Positions 1-9,399 of a stretch of DNA of 64,000 nucleotides are shown one piece after another. The stretch's first letter is position 1. Every line of letters begins with the position of its first letter. Under the pieces are notes generated by a model. That model saw only the letters and a list, made by a program, of their open reading frames with translations. It did no database searches and had not been told where the DNA came from. Position numbers and translations under genes: made by a program. This DNA comes from a virus (Duplodnaviria; Heunggongvirae; Uroviricota; Caudoviricetes): positions 1 to 64,000 of the IMG/VR virus record IMGVR_UViG_3300027806_000037. One strand, written 5' to 3'.

Positions 1-13
1 TAAACATGAATTA

Positions 14-439
14 TTGTTTTTAGAACAATATCCACATGAAGCATATGAAAGTGAGAAGAAAAAAATTATTGAAGATTTAGAATTTTGTGAAAAAGAAATT
101 AGTAAAAGGTTAGAAAATAAAAAATTAGTTGATAAAATTTTTAAAGAAGCAAATGAGTGGGTAGTACCAACTGATGAACATATTGGTTTTAGAAATTTTG
201 TTATGGAACAGCTTTCATATGCTCAAAAAGATTGTGATATAAGTTATTATGACGAAAGAATTTCTGAATTAAAAAATCGACTTGAAACAATGTCCTTGGA
301 TGTTTTTTTAAAAGAAAAATATGATGAATTGAAAAAAGATTTTGAATATTCTTCCAAAAAATTAAAGGAACAAGAAGAAAACTGTGAAGAGTCGAATATT
401 TGGATTGAAGCTTTATTTAAAAGTTTGGGTGAACTATAA
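14..439 (+). CDS. hypothetical K/E-rich protein (TTG start in track; may begin upstream of window)
   Basis: 141-aa ORF, no recognisable motif. Confidence 0.35.
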   Translation: MFLEQYPHEAYESEKKKIIEDLEFCEKEISKRLENKKLVDKIFKEANEWVVPTDEHIGFRNFVMEQLSYAQKDCDISYYDERISELKNRLETMSLDVFLKEKYDELKKDFEYSSKKLKEQEENCEESNIWIEALFKSLGEL

Positions 440-470
440 AATAATTATAGATAAAAATATTTTAATTAAA

Positions 471-845
471 ATGGAATTTATTGAATATAATGGTAAGAGC
501 GAGGATTTTCCGGGATCTTGGGATCACGTTCTAGCTGATGATGTAAAAACGTATGTTCCGGTTGTGGAACGATTACATTGGGCATATGGATACCCAATCA
601 TAAGAAATATTTTTTATATGTTAGGCACAAATAAAAATCGTGATATATACTATGTTTATCCGGATTTTGGTAACAAATATTATATATACGCATCTGAGGA
701 TTTAAATAAGGCTAAGTTCTTTGTTGAAAATTTTATAGTAAAGGGGTTAAATAACGAATTACTAACATCAGAGACACGTATATTTGATTTACAAGAATAT
801 ACGCAAAAATTAAGTCAAATCATTAAAATTGTTGAAGAAAAATGA
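471..845 (+). CDS. hypothetical protein
   Basis: ATG at about 471 (MEFIEYNGK) inside track ORF 384..845; stop overlaps next start (ATGA). Confidence 0.45.
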   Translation: MEFIEYNGKSEDFPGSWDHVLADDVKTYVPVVERLHWAYGYPIIRNIFYMLGTNKNRDIYYVYPDFGNKYYIYASEDLNKAKFFVENFIVKGLNNELLTSETRIFDLQEYTQKLSQIIKIVEEK

Positions 846-1351
846 ATATAGTAAATAAAGCAAGGGAGTTTGCAATCAAAGCACACAATGCTGTGAATCA
901 AAAATATGATAATCAACCTTATGAGGTTCATCTTAAAATGGTCAGTGAATTTGCAAGTCAGTTCCAATATCTCCTTAAAGATGATGATTTGGAAATAGCG
1001 CAAGCATCCGCATGGTTACACGACACACTAGAGGATATTTACTTTATAAGTTACAACGACATCAAAAAGGAATTCGGTGAGCAAATTGCAGAAGCTGTCT
1101 ATGCATTAACGAATGAAAAAGGTAGGACGCGAAAAGACCGAGCGAATGCTAAATACTATCAGGGTATTCGCGATATTCCTGTTGCTAGATTCGTTAAGGT
1201 CTGCGATAGACTTGCAAATGCGAGTTATTCTATAAGTAATGATAGTTCAATGGTGAATGCGTATCGTAAAGAAAATGAGGAATTTAATCGTGAGTTATAT
1301 TGCGATGAATTAAAACCCATGTTTGATTATTTAAACCAAATATTAAAATAA
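842..1351 (+). CDS. HD-domain phosphohydrolase, RelA/SpoT-type (p)ppGpp hydrolase fold (small alarmone hydrolase-like)
   Basis: Motifs AIKAHNAVNQKYDNQPYEVHL ... AWLHDTLED ... FGEQIAEAVYALTNEK match the SpoT/Mesh1 HD hydrolase signature (A..AH..Q.R.SGEPYI.H; HD in LHDxxED; FG..VA.LV.GVT). Confidence 0.7.
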   Translation: MNIVNKAREFAIKAHNAVNQKYDNQPYEVHLKMVSEFASQFQYLLKDDDLEIAQASAWLHDTLEDIYFISYNDIKKEFGEQIAEAVYALTNEKGRTRKDRANAKYYQGIRDIPVARFVKVCDRLANASYSISNDSSMVNAYRKENEEFNRELYCDELKPMFDYLNQILK

Positions 1352-1359
1352 AATGTTTA

Positions 1360-1722
1360 ATGAAAGTAATAATAGCGGGTAGTAGAGACTTTAATGATTA
1401 TGAATTATTAAAGAAAACTTGCGATAAAATTTTAATAAATCAAAAGGATATCGAGATAGTGAGTGGAGGCGCTAAAGGTGCCGATGCTCTTGGTGAACGA
1501 TATGCAAATGAAAGGAGATATGGTCTTAAGATTTTTTTGGCGAATTGGGATGAATATAAAAAAAAAGCTGGTTATCTTCGAAATATTAAAATGTCTGAAT
1601 ATGCTGACGCTCTAATAGCATTTTGGGATGGCGAATCTAGAGGGACGAAACATATGATTGATATAGTAACTGAAAAGGGATTAAAAACTAGAATAATTAG
1701 ATATGGAATACAAAATAAATAA
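1360..1722 (+). CDS. SLOG-superfamily (DUF2493/YpsA-like) putative nucleotide-binding protein
   Basis: VIIAGSRDF ... VSGGAKGADALGERYA ... LIAFWDGESRGT pattern typical of the phage-associated DUF2493 Rossmann-like family. Confidence 0.55.
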   Translation: MKVIIAGSRDFNDYELLKKTCDKILINQKDIEIVSGGAKGADALGERYANERRYGLKIFLANWDEYKKKAGYLRNIKMSEYADALIAFWDGESRGTKHMIDIVTEKGLKTRIIRYGIQNK

Positions 1723-2242
1723 AAGTTTCTTCATAGATAGAGATAAAAATTCCCATTATTATTTAATTAATAATGAATTTCGTGAGCAATGGGAAGAATG
1801 GAATAATTTAAGTGAAGATGATGAAAGAAGTTGGAATATTCCAGATTTTGTAATTCCGGTTAATAAACATCCAAAACATTTAACATTTTCAGAACCAAAA
1901 CTTGGTGATGAATATTTTGATGATGGTCCAATCAGAGAATTTATTAATGATAATGGTGAGGGTTTCTCAGTTTATCCAGAATATAATCATAGTGGTGGAT
2001 TTTATTTTTCTTGGTTAGAAAACGGTGAAAGATGGTCAACAAAATATGGTTGGCAAGATATCATTGATATTATTAATGAACACGATGAAATGCTAAATAG
2101 AAAACCTGTTGCATGGTATGTACAAAGAACAGGAGGTCTTACAGAAAGGGAAAGAAATATTAAATACGGTCCATTTTTTAAGGAATCTGAAGCAGATGGG
2201 TGGGTTGACGAAAATCACACTAAAATTCCGTTATTTAGATAA
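1703..2242 (+). CDS. hypothetical protein
   Basis: 179-aa ORF, ATG start, W/Y-rich, no motif. Confidence 0.5.
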   Translation: MEYKINKSFFIDRDKNSHYYLINNEFREQWEEWNNLSEDDERSWNIPDFVIPVNKHPKHLTFSEPKLGDEYFDDGPIREFINDNGEGFSVYPEYNHSGGFYFSWLENGERWSTKYGWQDIIDIINEHDEMLNRKPVAWYVQRTGGLTERERNIKYGPFFKESEADGWVDENHTKIPLFR

Positions 2243-2612
2243 TACTATCTAAAAATATATTTGCAACCTCGTTATAAAATAAATTAGCGATTTCATCATC
2301 TTCCATATTCTTATCTTTGATTTCATCATAACCCAAAGCATACATTAAATGCTCAATATCATAATAAGAATACGGTAAACTAATCCAACTTGGTAAACCT
2401 TGCAAATACTCAATAAATGCTCGTTTCATACCACGTCTTTTGATTTCAAAATCATATTCATTCACGAATATTTCCAAACCGGTTTTTAATGGATTTTTTG
2501 TTGGTCTAATATCATACCCATCAAAATCTATATTATCCACAATAAAATCTTTTAAATTATTTTGTCTATCCGATTCCTTTAAAAGTTTTTTAATTTTTGT
2601 TCTTATATTCAT
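2235..2612 (-). CDS. hypothetical protein (one of few plausible minus-strand genes)
   Basis: 125-aa ORF, convergent with 1703..2242, fills a gap otherwise free of + ORFs. Confidence 0.4.
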   Translation of the reverse strand: MNIRTKIKKLLKESDRQNNLKDFIVDNIDFDGYDIRPTKNPLKTGLEIFVNEYDFEIKRRGMKRAFIEYLQGLPSWISLPYSYYDIEHLMYALGYDEIKDKNMEDDEIANLFYNEVANIFLDSII

Positions 2613-2668
2613 TTTATTTTTTATATATAAATACTTATGTTTATAAAAACATTCTTTCGCTTAAAAAT

Positions 2669-3739
2669 ATGCAAATAATAAATAACAAATTAAAATATAT
2701 ATTTATAATAATTTTTGGTTTTGTTTTCAACATTAAAACTTTCTCACAAACAGATTTGGTATTTTATGATTTTAATGTATGTAATAATAATCCTGATTAT
2801 ATTTTTCCATATTTTAATGCAACACCTGTGACAACAACTTTACCACTTGGTTCGGGATGTAGTAGCATTAATGATGGATGTGCAGCCGGATGCCCCGATT
2901 TGATTTGTACAAATAACAACACATCCTTTATAACAAAATCTTGGACTAGTCCAGCAATAAATCTCGCTCATTATTATGAGTTTACAATATCAACATATCC
3001 AAATGTTTCGTTTTATTTAAATCAATTAAGTTTTAGTTTCAGAAGATCATCCACTGGACCCACCAACCTTGCTGTATATATGAATGGTGTTTCTCAATCA
3101 ATATTTAATTCAACATCAACAAGTTGCGTTTCACTTGGTGCGGGAATTAATCAATTGGTGACTGGTTCAGCAAATTTTAAAATTTATTTTTGGGGTGGCT
3201 CGGTCGATGGGACAGTAAGAATTGATAATGTGAAACTCACACATTCGTTTACAACTTTACCAATTGAGTTAGTTTATTTTAATGTGAGGTCAATTGAAAA
3301 TAAAATTAATTTAGAGTGGTTGACATCATCAGAAGTGGATAATTCGCATTTTGAAATTGAAAAGTCATTTGATGCGTTTAATTTCTATAAAATAGCCAAT
3401 ATAATTTCAATTGGTTACTCACAACAAAATATATTGTATAATTATACAGATTTTAATGTAAATAATGATAAAATAATATATTATCGCTTAAAACAAGTTG
3501 ATTATGATGGTGATTATACATATTCACCAATAGTTTCAGTTAATAATAATTTTGATGCAATTTTAATACAAAATGGATTGGTTTCATTAACCAACCAACA
3601 TGAATACAAAATAGCTAATATTTGTGATATCTCTGGGAGATTTATTCATGATTTGAATAATGGATCAGTTCAGCTAAATGCTGGAATATATTTATTAAGA
3701 TTAAACGATAAAACCAAAAAAATTGTTTTAAACAATTAA
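2669..3739 (+). CDS. secreted protein with T9SS (Por) C-terminal sorting domain
   Basis: N-terminal signal peptide (IFIIIFGFVFNIKTFSQ); C-terminal about 70 aa (ILIQNGLVSL...ISGRFIHDL...LNAGIYLLRLNDKTKKIVLNN) matches the T9SS type A CTD pattern. Confidence 0.55.
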   Translation: MQIINNKLKYIFIIIFGFVFNIKTFSQTDLVFYDFNVCNNNPDYIFPYFNATPVTTTLPLGSGCSSINDGCAAGCPDLICTNNNTSFITKSWTSPAINLAHYYEFTISTYPNVSFYLNQLSFSFRRSSTGPTNLAVYMNGVSQSIFNSTSTSCVSLGAGINQLVTGSANFKIYFWGGSVDGTVRIDNVKLTHSFTTLPIELVYFNVRSIENKINLEWLTSSEVDNSHFEIEKSFDAFNFYKIANIISIGYSQQNILYNYTDFNVNNDKIIYYRLKQVDYDGDYTYSPIVSVNNNFDAILIQNGLVSLTNQHEYKIANICDISGRFIHDLNNGSVQLNAGIYLLRLNDKTKKIVLNN

Positions 3740-3787
3740 TTTGTTTTTCTAAACATTTTTATTTATATTTGCATATAAATACAAAAA

Positions 3788-4462
3788 ATGTTAATTACAA
3801 TAATATCTGATACCCACACAAAACATCATCACATTCCGAAAGAACATCTTCCGGGTGGAGACATGATTATTCATTGTGGTGATATTTCTTCGCGTGGTTA
3901 TAGAGAAGAGGTTAGATTGTTCCTTGAATGGTTTACCGATTTAGATTCCTATACACACAAAGTATTCATTGCTGGTAATCACGATTTCTTCTTTGAAGAT
4001 AACCCACTCCAATCAAAGGAATTGGTTCAAGAATATTCAAATATAATTTATCTTCAGGATAATATGGTTGAAATTGAGGGGGTCAAAATTTATGGCTCAC
4101 CTTGGCAACCAGAATTTTATAATTGGGCGTTTAATCTTCCAAGAAACGGTGAAAAACTTAAAGAAAAATGGAAAGCAATACCGGAGAATATTGATATATT
4201 AATTACACATGGTCCACCGTTTGGTTGTTTGGACAAAACAATTCAGGGACAATCCGTTGGATGCGAAATTTTGACCGAAGAAATTAAAAGAATTAATCCA
4301 ATAATTCATTGTTTTGGTCATATTCATTATTCTTATGGTTATATGCAAAGAGACAATATTAATTTTATTAATGCGTGTTCTCTTGGTGAAAATTATGTTT
4401 ATCAAAACAAACCTTTGAACATTGATTTGGATATGTCAAATAGAATGATTAGCTTTGTCTAA
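3788..4462 (+). CDS. calcineurin-like metallophosphoesterase
   Basis: DTH ... GDISSRG ... GNHD ... GHIH metal-binding motif order of the MPP superfamily. Confidence 0.75.
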   Translation: MLITIISDTHTKHHHIPKEHLPGGDMIIHCGDISSRGYREEVRLFLEWFTDLDSYTHKVFIAGNHDFFFEDNPLQSKELVQEYSNIIYLQDNMVEIEGVKIYGSPWQPEFYNWAFNLPRNGEKLKEKWKAIPENIDILITHGPPFGCLDKTIQGQSVGCEILTEEIKRINPIIHCFGHIHYSYGYMQRDNINFINACSLGENYVYQNKPLNIDLDMSNRMISFV

Positions 4463-4473
4463 ACAAAAAACAA

Positions 4474-4620
4474 ATGAAAAAATTAATTTTTGCACTTATT
4501 ATTGTTATTTTTGCATCTTCCTGTGCATCACAAAGATGTCATGGTGTTGGAAACACAACACATGCACTTAAAGCGAAAAAGCAGCAACAACAAAGAACGT
4601 TTTCACAATTTCCTTTCTAA
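4474..4620 (+). CDS. small putative lipoprotein (48 aa, not in track)
   Basis: MKKLIFALIIVIFASSC lipobox-like signal; Q-rich tail. Confidence 0.3.
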   Translation: MKKLIFALIIVIFASSCASQRCHGVGNTTHALKAKKQQQQRTFSQFPF

Positions 4621-5195
4621 TGTTTAAACATAGTTTTTCATATTATTTTAGAAATACTTGGGAATTTATCCGATGGGATATTCCAAGATTTTTTAAGAAC
4701 ATTTGGAGGTTCAGGAGAGAACTTAAATCCTTTGGTGGTTGGGACCGGTATTATACTATCTCAATGCTAAGAAGGTCTTTGATTACACAGAAAGAATCAA
4801 TGGAAAAGTTCAGCAATGAATATGAACCAACACTTAGATTGAAACTTTATTATATGAAGAGAGCAATTTATTTAACGGATTGCATTCTCGAAGATAAATT
4901 TCATGATATGGCGGAAGCTAGACTTGGTTATAAAACAGTTTTTAGAGATTTTAAATTTGAACCAATTGAAGGTTCTACCAGTAAAAGATTGGTTTTTGAT
5001 GAAGAAAGCGAAGAAGAAAGACAAGCGAACTGGAAAATTTTTGAGGAATCTTCAAAAATTGAGAAAGAAGTTTGGAATGAACTTTTTGATATTTTAAAAG
5101 GCGATATCTATAATGTTGATATGTATACCGAACATAAAGGTAAAGCATATGAAGATGTTCACAATGGTAAGGGTTTAATTAATTGGTGGTACTAA
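4620..5195 (+). CDS. hypothetical protein
   Basis: 191-aa ORF. Confidence 0.5.
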   Translation: MFKHSFSYYFRNTWEFIRWDIPRFFKNIWRFRRELKSFGGWDRYYTISMLRRSLITQKESMEKFSNEYEPTLRLKLYYMKRAIYLTDCILEDKFHDMAEARLGYKTVFRDFKFEPIEGSTSKRLVFDEESEEERQANWKIFEESSKIEKEVWNELFDILKGDIYNVDMYTEHKGKAYEDVHNGKGLINWWY

Positions 5196-5207
5196 AAAAA
5201 TAAAAAC

Positions 5208-5522
5208 ATGTCAGGAGGTTATTTTGATTATAAAAAATATCAACTTAATGATATCATTGATGATATTGAAAGAGTTTTAAATAGACAAGGAAAAGAAAGA
5301 CCAAAAGAAGAACGTTGGTGTAGTGATGAATATCTTGAAAAATATCCAGAAGAAAAATATTATCCAACCTATTCAAAAGAAATTCAAGAAAAATTGCAAG
5401 AAGCAATTAAATCATTAACAATTGCAAGAATTTATGTACAAAGAGTTGATTGGTTTTTATCGGGTGATGATGGCGATGAATCATTCTTGAGAGAATTGTC
5501 TGAAGAATTGGATAAGGTATAG
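5208..5522 (+). CDS. hypothetical acidic protein
   Basis: 104-aa ORF. Confidence 0.45.
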   Translation: MSGGYFDYKKYQLNDIIDDIERVLNRQGKERPKEERWCSDEYLEKYPEEKYYPTYSKEIQEKLQEAIKSLTIARIYVQRVDWFLSGDDGDESFLRELSEELDKV

Positions 5523-5545
5523 ATATTTATTGAAAAATAAAAATC

Positions 5546-5809
5546 ATGAGTACTGAAATGAGAAAACTCATAAATGAGTTTAATAACATTAACGAATCAA
5601 GTTTAAATAGAATATATAGTCATATTCAAAAATATGAATGCGCAATTATAACAGCGTTTAAAGGTAAGTTAACTAACTGTAGAACCGAAAATGATAATGA
5701 AAAAAGAATATATATTAGACAGAACAAGGATAGAAATAAACTTTTAAAATCAGCTTTATTATTTTTTGGATATCAAATTACAAAAGTAAAAGGTACTTAT
5801 GTTGAATAA
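5546..5809 (+). CDS. hypothetical protein
   Basis: 87-aa ORF. Confidence 0.4.
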   Translation: MSTEMRKLINEFNNINESSLNRIYSHIQKYECAIITAFKGKLTNCRTENDNEKRIYIRQNKDRNKLLKSALLFFGYQITKVKGTYVE

Positions 5810-5888
5810 ACCACAAACCCGCCACTTGCATATACACGCTGTTATAAGCAGGTGCGGTATTATAGCACAGAACTTGATTTGAAAGACG

Positions 5889-5937
5889 AAACCTTTTTCT
5901 TTTCTTTTTGTGTGGTGGGAAAATAAAATTTAAAATA
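5889..5937 (+). promoter_or_regulatory. conserved about 50-nt upstream element AACCTTTTTCTTTTCTTTTTGTGTGGTGGGAAAATAAAATTTAAAA (copy 1, upstream of IleRS-like gene)
   Basis: near-identical copy at about 10684..10748 upstream of another gene. Confidence 0.4.
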
Positions 5938-7911
5938 ATGAATAAAGTATTATTACCAAAAGAAGAAATTACACAGAAGTTAGATAGAGATAAACTTACT
6001 TTATTGAACGCTTCTATCAAAGATTATGTGAACAACTTGTATGAAAATTCAAATGATGAATACATTATACAAGATGGTGAACCATACGCCAATGGAGAAT
6101 TACATTTGGGACATTTTTTAAACAAAACCTTGAAAGATTTTGTTGTAAAATATTACTTAACAAAAGGTAAGAAAGTTAGGGTTTCATTTGGTTGGGACTG
6201 TCATGGTTTACCCATTGAAAATAAAGCAAAAGAAATGAGTGGTGATTTAATTCAAAATGCTAAATTAGTCGCAACCAAATATTGTGATATTCAAAATAAA
6301 ACTCTTGAACTTTTCGGGATTTATCCAACTGAAGGTAGGTTTAAAACTATGGATATTGATTTTATAGAAAGAGAATTATATATATACCACCAACTACTAA
6401 ATGCGGGTCTAATTCTTAAAAAGAATAAGCCTACTTGGTACTCACCAACATTAAAAACAGTATTGGCTAACTCAGAAATTGAATATAAAAAAATAGAAGA
6501 TGAATCTTTGTATTTTCTATTCAACTCTGATAGTTTTAAATTACTTGTTTGGACAACAACAGAATGGACTGTAAACGGAAATCAGGCAGTATGTTTAAGT
6601 AATAATATAAAATATGTTAAAACTGTTGACAATATTATTTGTAGTGAAAGTTTTGCTATTGAAAATAATTTAGATTATGATTTGTTTGATGTGAGTAATA
6701 TTAAGTCATATCATAACCACAATGGAGATTTATGTCCAATTATTTATGATGACTACGTTTCAGATGATAAAACAGGTATAGTACATCTTTGCGGTGGACA
6801 CGGTGATGAAGATTATCGAATTTTAATGGATAATAACATAACCCCCAAAAATGTGTGCGATAAAATCGGCTTATTAAAACACATAGAAGATTTTAAAATT
6901 GATGAAAAGTTTGTATATAAACGTGAAATTTACACACACGATTATCCAATTGATTGGCGTGAAGGGAATAAGGTGTATAAAGTATTAACGGAACAAACGT
7001 ATCTTGATTTTGATTTAAACAAAATAAAGACTTGTTTAAAAGAAATAAAGTTATCATCAAAAGACAGAAATCGTTTATCAACGACAATATTTTCACGCAA
7101 AGATTGGTGTATTTCAAGACAAAGAAAATGGGGTGTTAAAATACCTAATAGTAATGATATATTGGATGTTTGGTTTGATAGTGGTTCTACATTTATGATG
7201 TATGATAAACCTGCCGATATATACATTGAAGGTTCAGACCAACACAGAGGGTGGTTTCAAAGTTCGATTATATTAGCATCAATGATTGGTCGAGTACCAA
7301 CAAAAAGAATAATAACACACGGATTTATTGTTGATAACACATTAGAAAAACTATCAAAATCAAAAGGTAATGGCGGAAGTTTGGAAAAGCTGTATGAAAC
7401 ATATAACCCTGATGTATTAAGACTATGGGTTTTACTGTCAGATTTTAAAAACGATATTGTCTTTTCGGAAGATTCATTAAAAAACTCTGGTAAACAATAT
7501 TTTAAAATAAGAAACTTTCTCCGTTATTTATTTAATAATCTATATATATATGATTATGATGAAACAAAAGTTGATGAAAATATTTTTTTTAAAGTAAAAG
7601 AGTTGGAAAATAAATTTGATTTACTTGTCAATGAATTTGATTTGAATAAAGCAGTAAGGGGTTTTGTTGAATTTATAAACTATTATTCATCTTTGTTGAC
7701 GGAGGATATTAAAAATGAATTTTATGAATCTGACACAAATTCCAATATGAGAATTAAATATGAAACAGAGTTTTACTATGTTTTAAAACACTTAAATAAA
7801 CTACTTTTTTCGATTTTACCATTTCTTTCTATGGAAATAAAAAAAGCGTGGGAAGAAAAAAGAAAAGAAAAAGATTTACATGTAGGGACTATATTTGGAA
7901 ACGAGATGTAG
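5938..7911 (+). CDS. ileS: isoleucyl-tRNA synthetase-like class I aaRS, shortened (about 657 aa)
   Basis: PYANGELHLGHFLNKTLKDFVVKYY (HIGH region), GWDCHGLPIE, WTTTEWT, DWCISRQRKWGVKIP and KLSKSKGN (KMSKS) are IleRS signatures. Protein is about 250-400 aa shorter than canonical IleRS: reduced CP1, C-terminal Zn domain missing. Confidence 0.8.
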   Translation: MNKVLLPKEEITQKLDRDKLTLLNASIKDYVNNLYENSNDEYIIQDGEPYANGELHLGHFLNKTLKDFVVKYYLTKGKKVRVSFGWDCHGLPIENKAKEMSGDLIQNAKLVATKYCDIQNKTLELFGIYPTEGRFKTMDIDFIERELYIYHQLLNAGLILKKNKPTWYSPTLKTVLANSEIEYKKIEDESLYFLFNSDSFKLLVWTTTEWTVNGNQAVCLSNNIKYVKTVDNIICSESFAIENNLDYDLFDVSNIKSYHNHNGDLCPIIYDDYVSDDKTGIVHLCGGHGDEDYRILMDNNITPKNVCDKIGLLKHIEDFKIDEKFVYKREIYTHDYPIDWREGNKVYKVLTEQTYLDFDLNKIKTCLKEIKLSSKDRNRLSTTIFSRKDWCISRQRKWGVKIPNSNDILDVWFDSGSTFMMYDKPADIYIEGSDQHRGWFQSSIILASMIGRVPTKRIITHGFIVDNTLEKLSKSKGNGGSLEKLYETYNPDVLRLWVLLSDFKNDIVFSEDSLKNSGKQYFKIRNFLRYLFNNLYIYDYDETKVDENIFFKVKELENKFDLLVNEFDLNKAVRGFVEFINYYSSLLTEDIKNEFYESDTNSNMRIKYETEFYYVLKHLNKLLFSILPFLSMEIKKAWEEKRKEKDLHVGTIFGNEM

Positions 7912-7916
7912 CACTT

Positions 7917-8040
7917 GCTTATAACGGTTGCAAATATAAAACGTTTTAAACTAAACTTAAATTGAAAAACAGTATATAAATATAAACCAACAATAAATTT
8001 GGAACGCTGAAATAAATGTTTTATATTTGTTGTTATAAAC
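7917..8040. repeat. palindromic element (PE family: ATAACGGTTG-arm ... arm-TTGTTATAA)
   Basis: cttataacggttgcaaatataaaacgtttt ... aaatgttttatatttgttgttataa inverted arms. Confidence 0.5.
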
Positions 8041-8058
8041 ACGTTAAATTATTTTATT

Positions 8059-8337
8059 ATGAAAACATATAATGTAAAGTATGATGTTGGACAAGAAGTA
8101 TATATACTTTTATCCAAAAAAATATTTAAAAGTAAAATTGAAAAGATTAGAATTGTTCATGGGGTACCTTATATCAAAGGCGAAACAATGGAACAAATGG
8201 ATGGAATTGAAATTGATTACTTGGTTGTAGTTAATGAACAATTCTATCCTTCAGGTGGACATTTATCTAGTTATGATTGGTATAAACAGGATGATATTTT
8301 TTTGGATAAAGATGAACTGTTGCGGAAAATAATTTAA
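8059..8337 (+). CDS. hypothetical protein (PE-bracketed cassette ORF)
   Basis: 92-aa ORF between PE elements. Confidence 0.45.
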   Translation: MKTYNVKYDVGQEVYILLSKKIFKSKIEKIRIVHGVPYIKGETMEQMDGIEIDYLVVVNEQFYPSGGHLSSYDWYKQDDIFLDKDELLRKII

Positions 8338-8342
8338 TTGTT

Positions 8343-8397
8343 TATAACGTCTGATGATAAACAATCGTTTTAATGTGTTTTATTTGCTGTTATAAGT
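8343..8397. repeat. PE-family palindromic element (GATGATAAACAA...TTGTTTATC hairpin variant)
   Basis: ataacgtctgatgataaacaatcgttttaatgtgttttatttgctgttataag; same hairpin type recurs at about 12979..13040. Confidence 0.45.
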
Positions 8398-8419
8398 ATG
8401 TAATTTACAATTTATACCT

Positions 8420-8665
8420 ATGAAAAAAACGAAAAGAAAAATACATATTGGAAATGACCTATGGTTTTATTGGGTTGGTTCTGGTAGATGGGGTGAGGTA
8501 ACTCATGTAACGATATGTTCACCAGATGAACAATATTATAAAATAGATGCAAGTGATGTTGCAAGTAGTGAAATGTATGTTGGTGCGGAAGGGTCATTTC
8601 CAACACAAATATTACCGTCAAAAGTTAAAGAATATATTGAAAATAAAATAATAAATAAATTTTAA
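8420..8665 (+). CDS. hypothetical protein (cassette ORF)
   Basis: 81-aa ORF. Confidence 0.45.
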   Translation: MKKTKRKIHIGNDLWFYWVGSGRWGEVTHVTICSPDEQYYKIDASDVASSEMYVGAEGSFPTQILPSKVKEYIENKIINKF

Positions 8666-8673
8666 ATTATTAC

Positions 8674-8772
8674 TTATAACGGTTGGGTGTATGAGAAGGT
8701 TTGCTTAGATGAACTTTCAAATTAACCACTGAACTTTATAGCAAACTTTCTTATACACCTTGTTATGTGTAG
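8674..8772. repeat. PE-family palindromic element
   Basis: ttataacggttgggtgtatgagaaggtttgc ... gcaaactttcttatacaccttgttatgtgtagg; about 27-nt inverted arms, about 45-nt loop. Confidence 0.6.
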
Positions 8773-8836
8773 GTGTGGTTAATTAAGGTAGAATGTTAAA
8801 TAGTAGAAATGAACAAAAATTTTAAAAGAAAAATAT

Positions 8837-9247
8837 ATGAATTATAAACAAAAAATTACAACTATCAATTATTTTGAAAAGGTGGTTAAAATTTCTCTAA
8901 CAAGAGAAGAGTGGAATTCATCTGGAACTTGGGTAGAGTCAATGATGAAAAAAGGTTGTGAAAGACTGAGTAAGGATTGGTTTGAAGATTTACATCACTT
9001 AGTTATGCGACCAATAAGTGACGAAATAAACTTTTCTGGTAAAAACTATACTTATGATGTGGATATAACATTTGATATACCAAGAGAATTACTGAGAATG
9101 TTTGTATATTCAATCGGTCAAATTGCTTATGATTTTGATGTTAAAGGTATAACTTCGGTTACTGCTCAAAATATAGTGGGAAAAATAAACAAACAATTAA
9201 AAGAACAACTACCAAATGATGATAAATGGTTTCATTATGGATTTTGA
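8837..9247 (+). CDS. hypothetical protein (cassette ORF)
   Basis: 136-aa ORF. Flanks (gtggttaattaaggtagaatgtt...aaaaattttaaaagaaaaat upstream; tttcttttaaaattttcaaccgaaatgttgattagaacgatg...cttacacataacgt downstream) are repeated around ORF 13110..13334. Confidence 0.5.
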   Translation: MNYKQKITTINYFEKVVKISLTREEWNSSGTWVESMMKKGCERLSKDWFEDLHHLVMRPISDEINFSGKNYTYDVDITFDIPRELLRMFVYSIGQIAYDFDVKGITSVTAQNIVGKINKQLKEQLPNDDKWFHYGF

Positions 9248-9312
9248 TTTTTCTTTTAAAATTTTCAACCGAAATGTTGATTAGAACGATGAACGGAACG
9301 CTTACACATAAC
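9245..9312. repeat. about 70-bp direct repeat, copy 1 (TTTCTTTTAAAATTTT...GTTGATTAGAACGATG..GGAAC.CTTACACATAACGT)
   Basis: second copy at about 13325..13392. Confidence 0.55.
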
Positions 9313-9399
9313 GTATATCGGCTAAACGCAGTATTTAAAAACTTTTGCGAGGGAAATAATTAATCAATTAAATAATAATAATTAAAAACAAAAAGTAAA

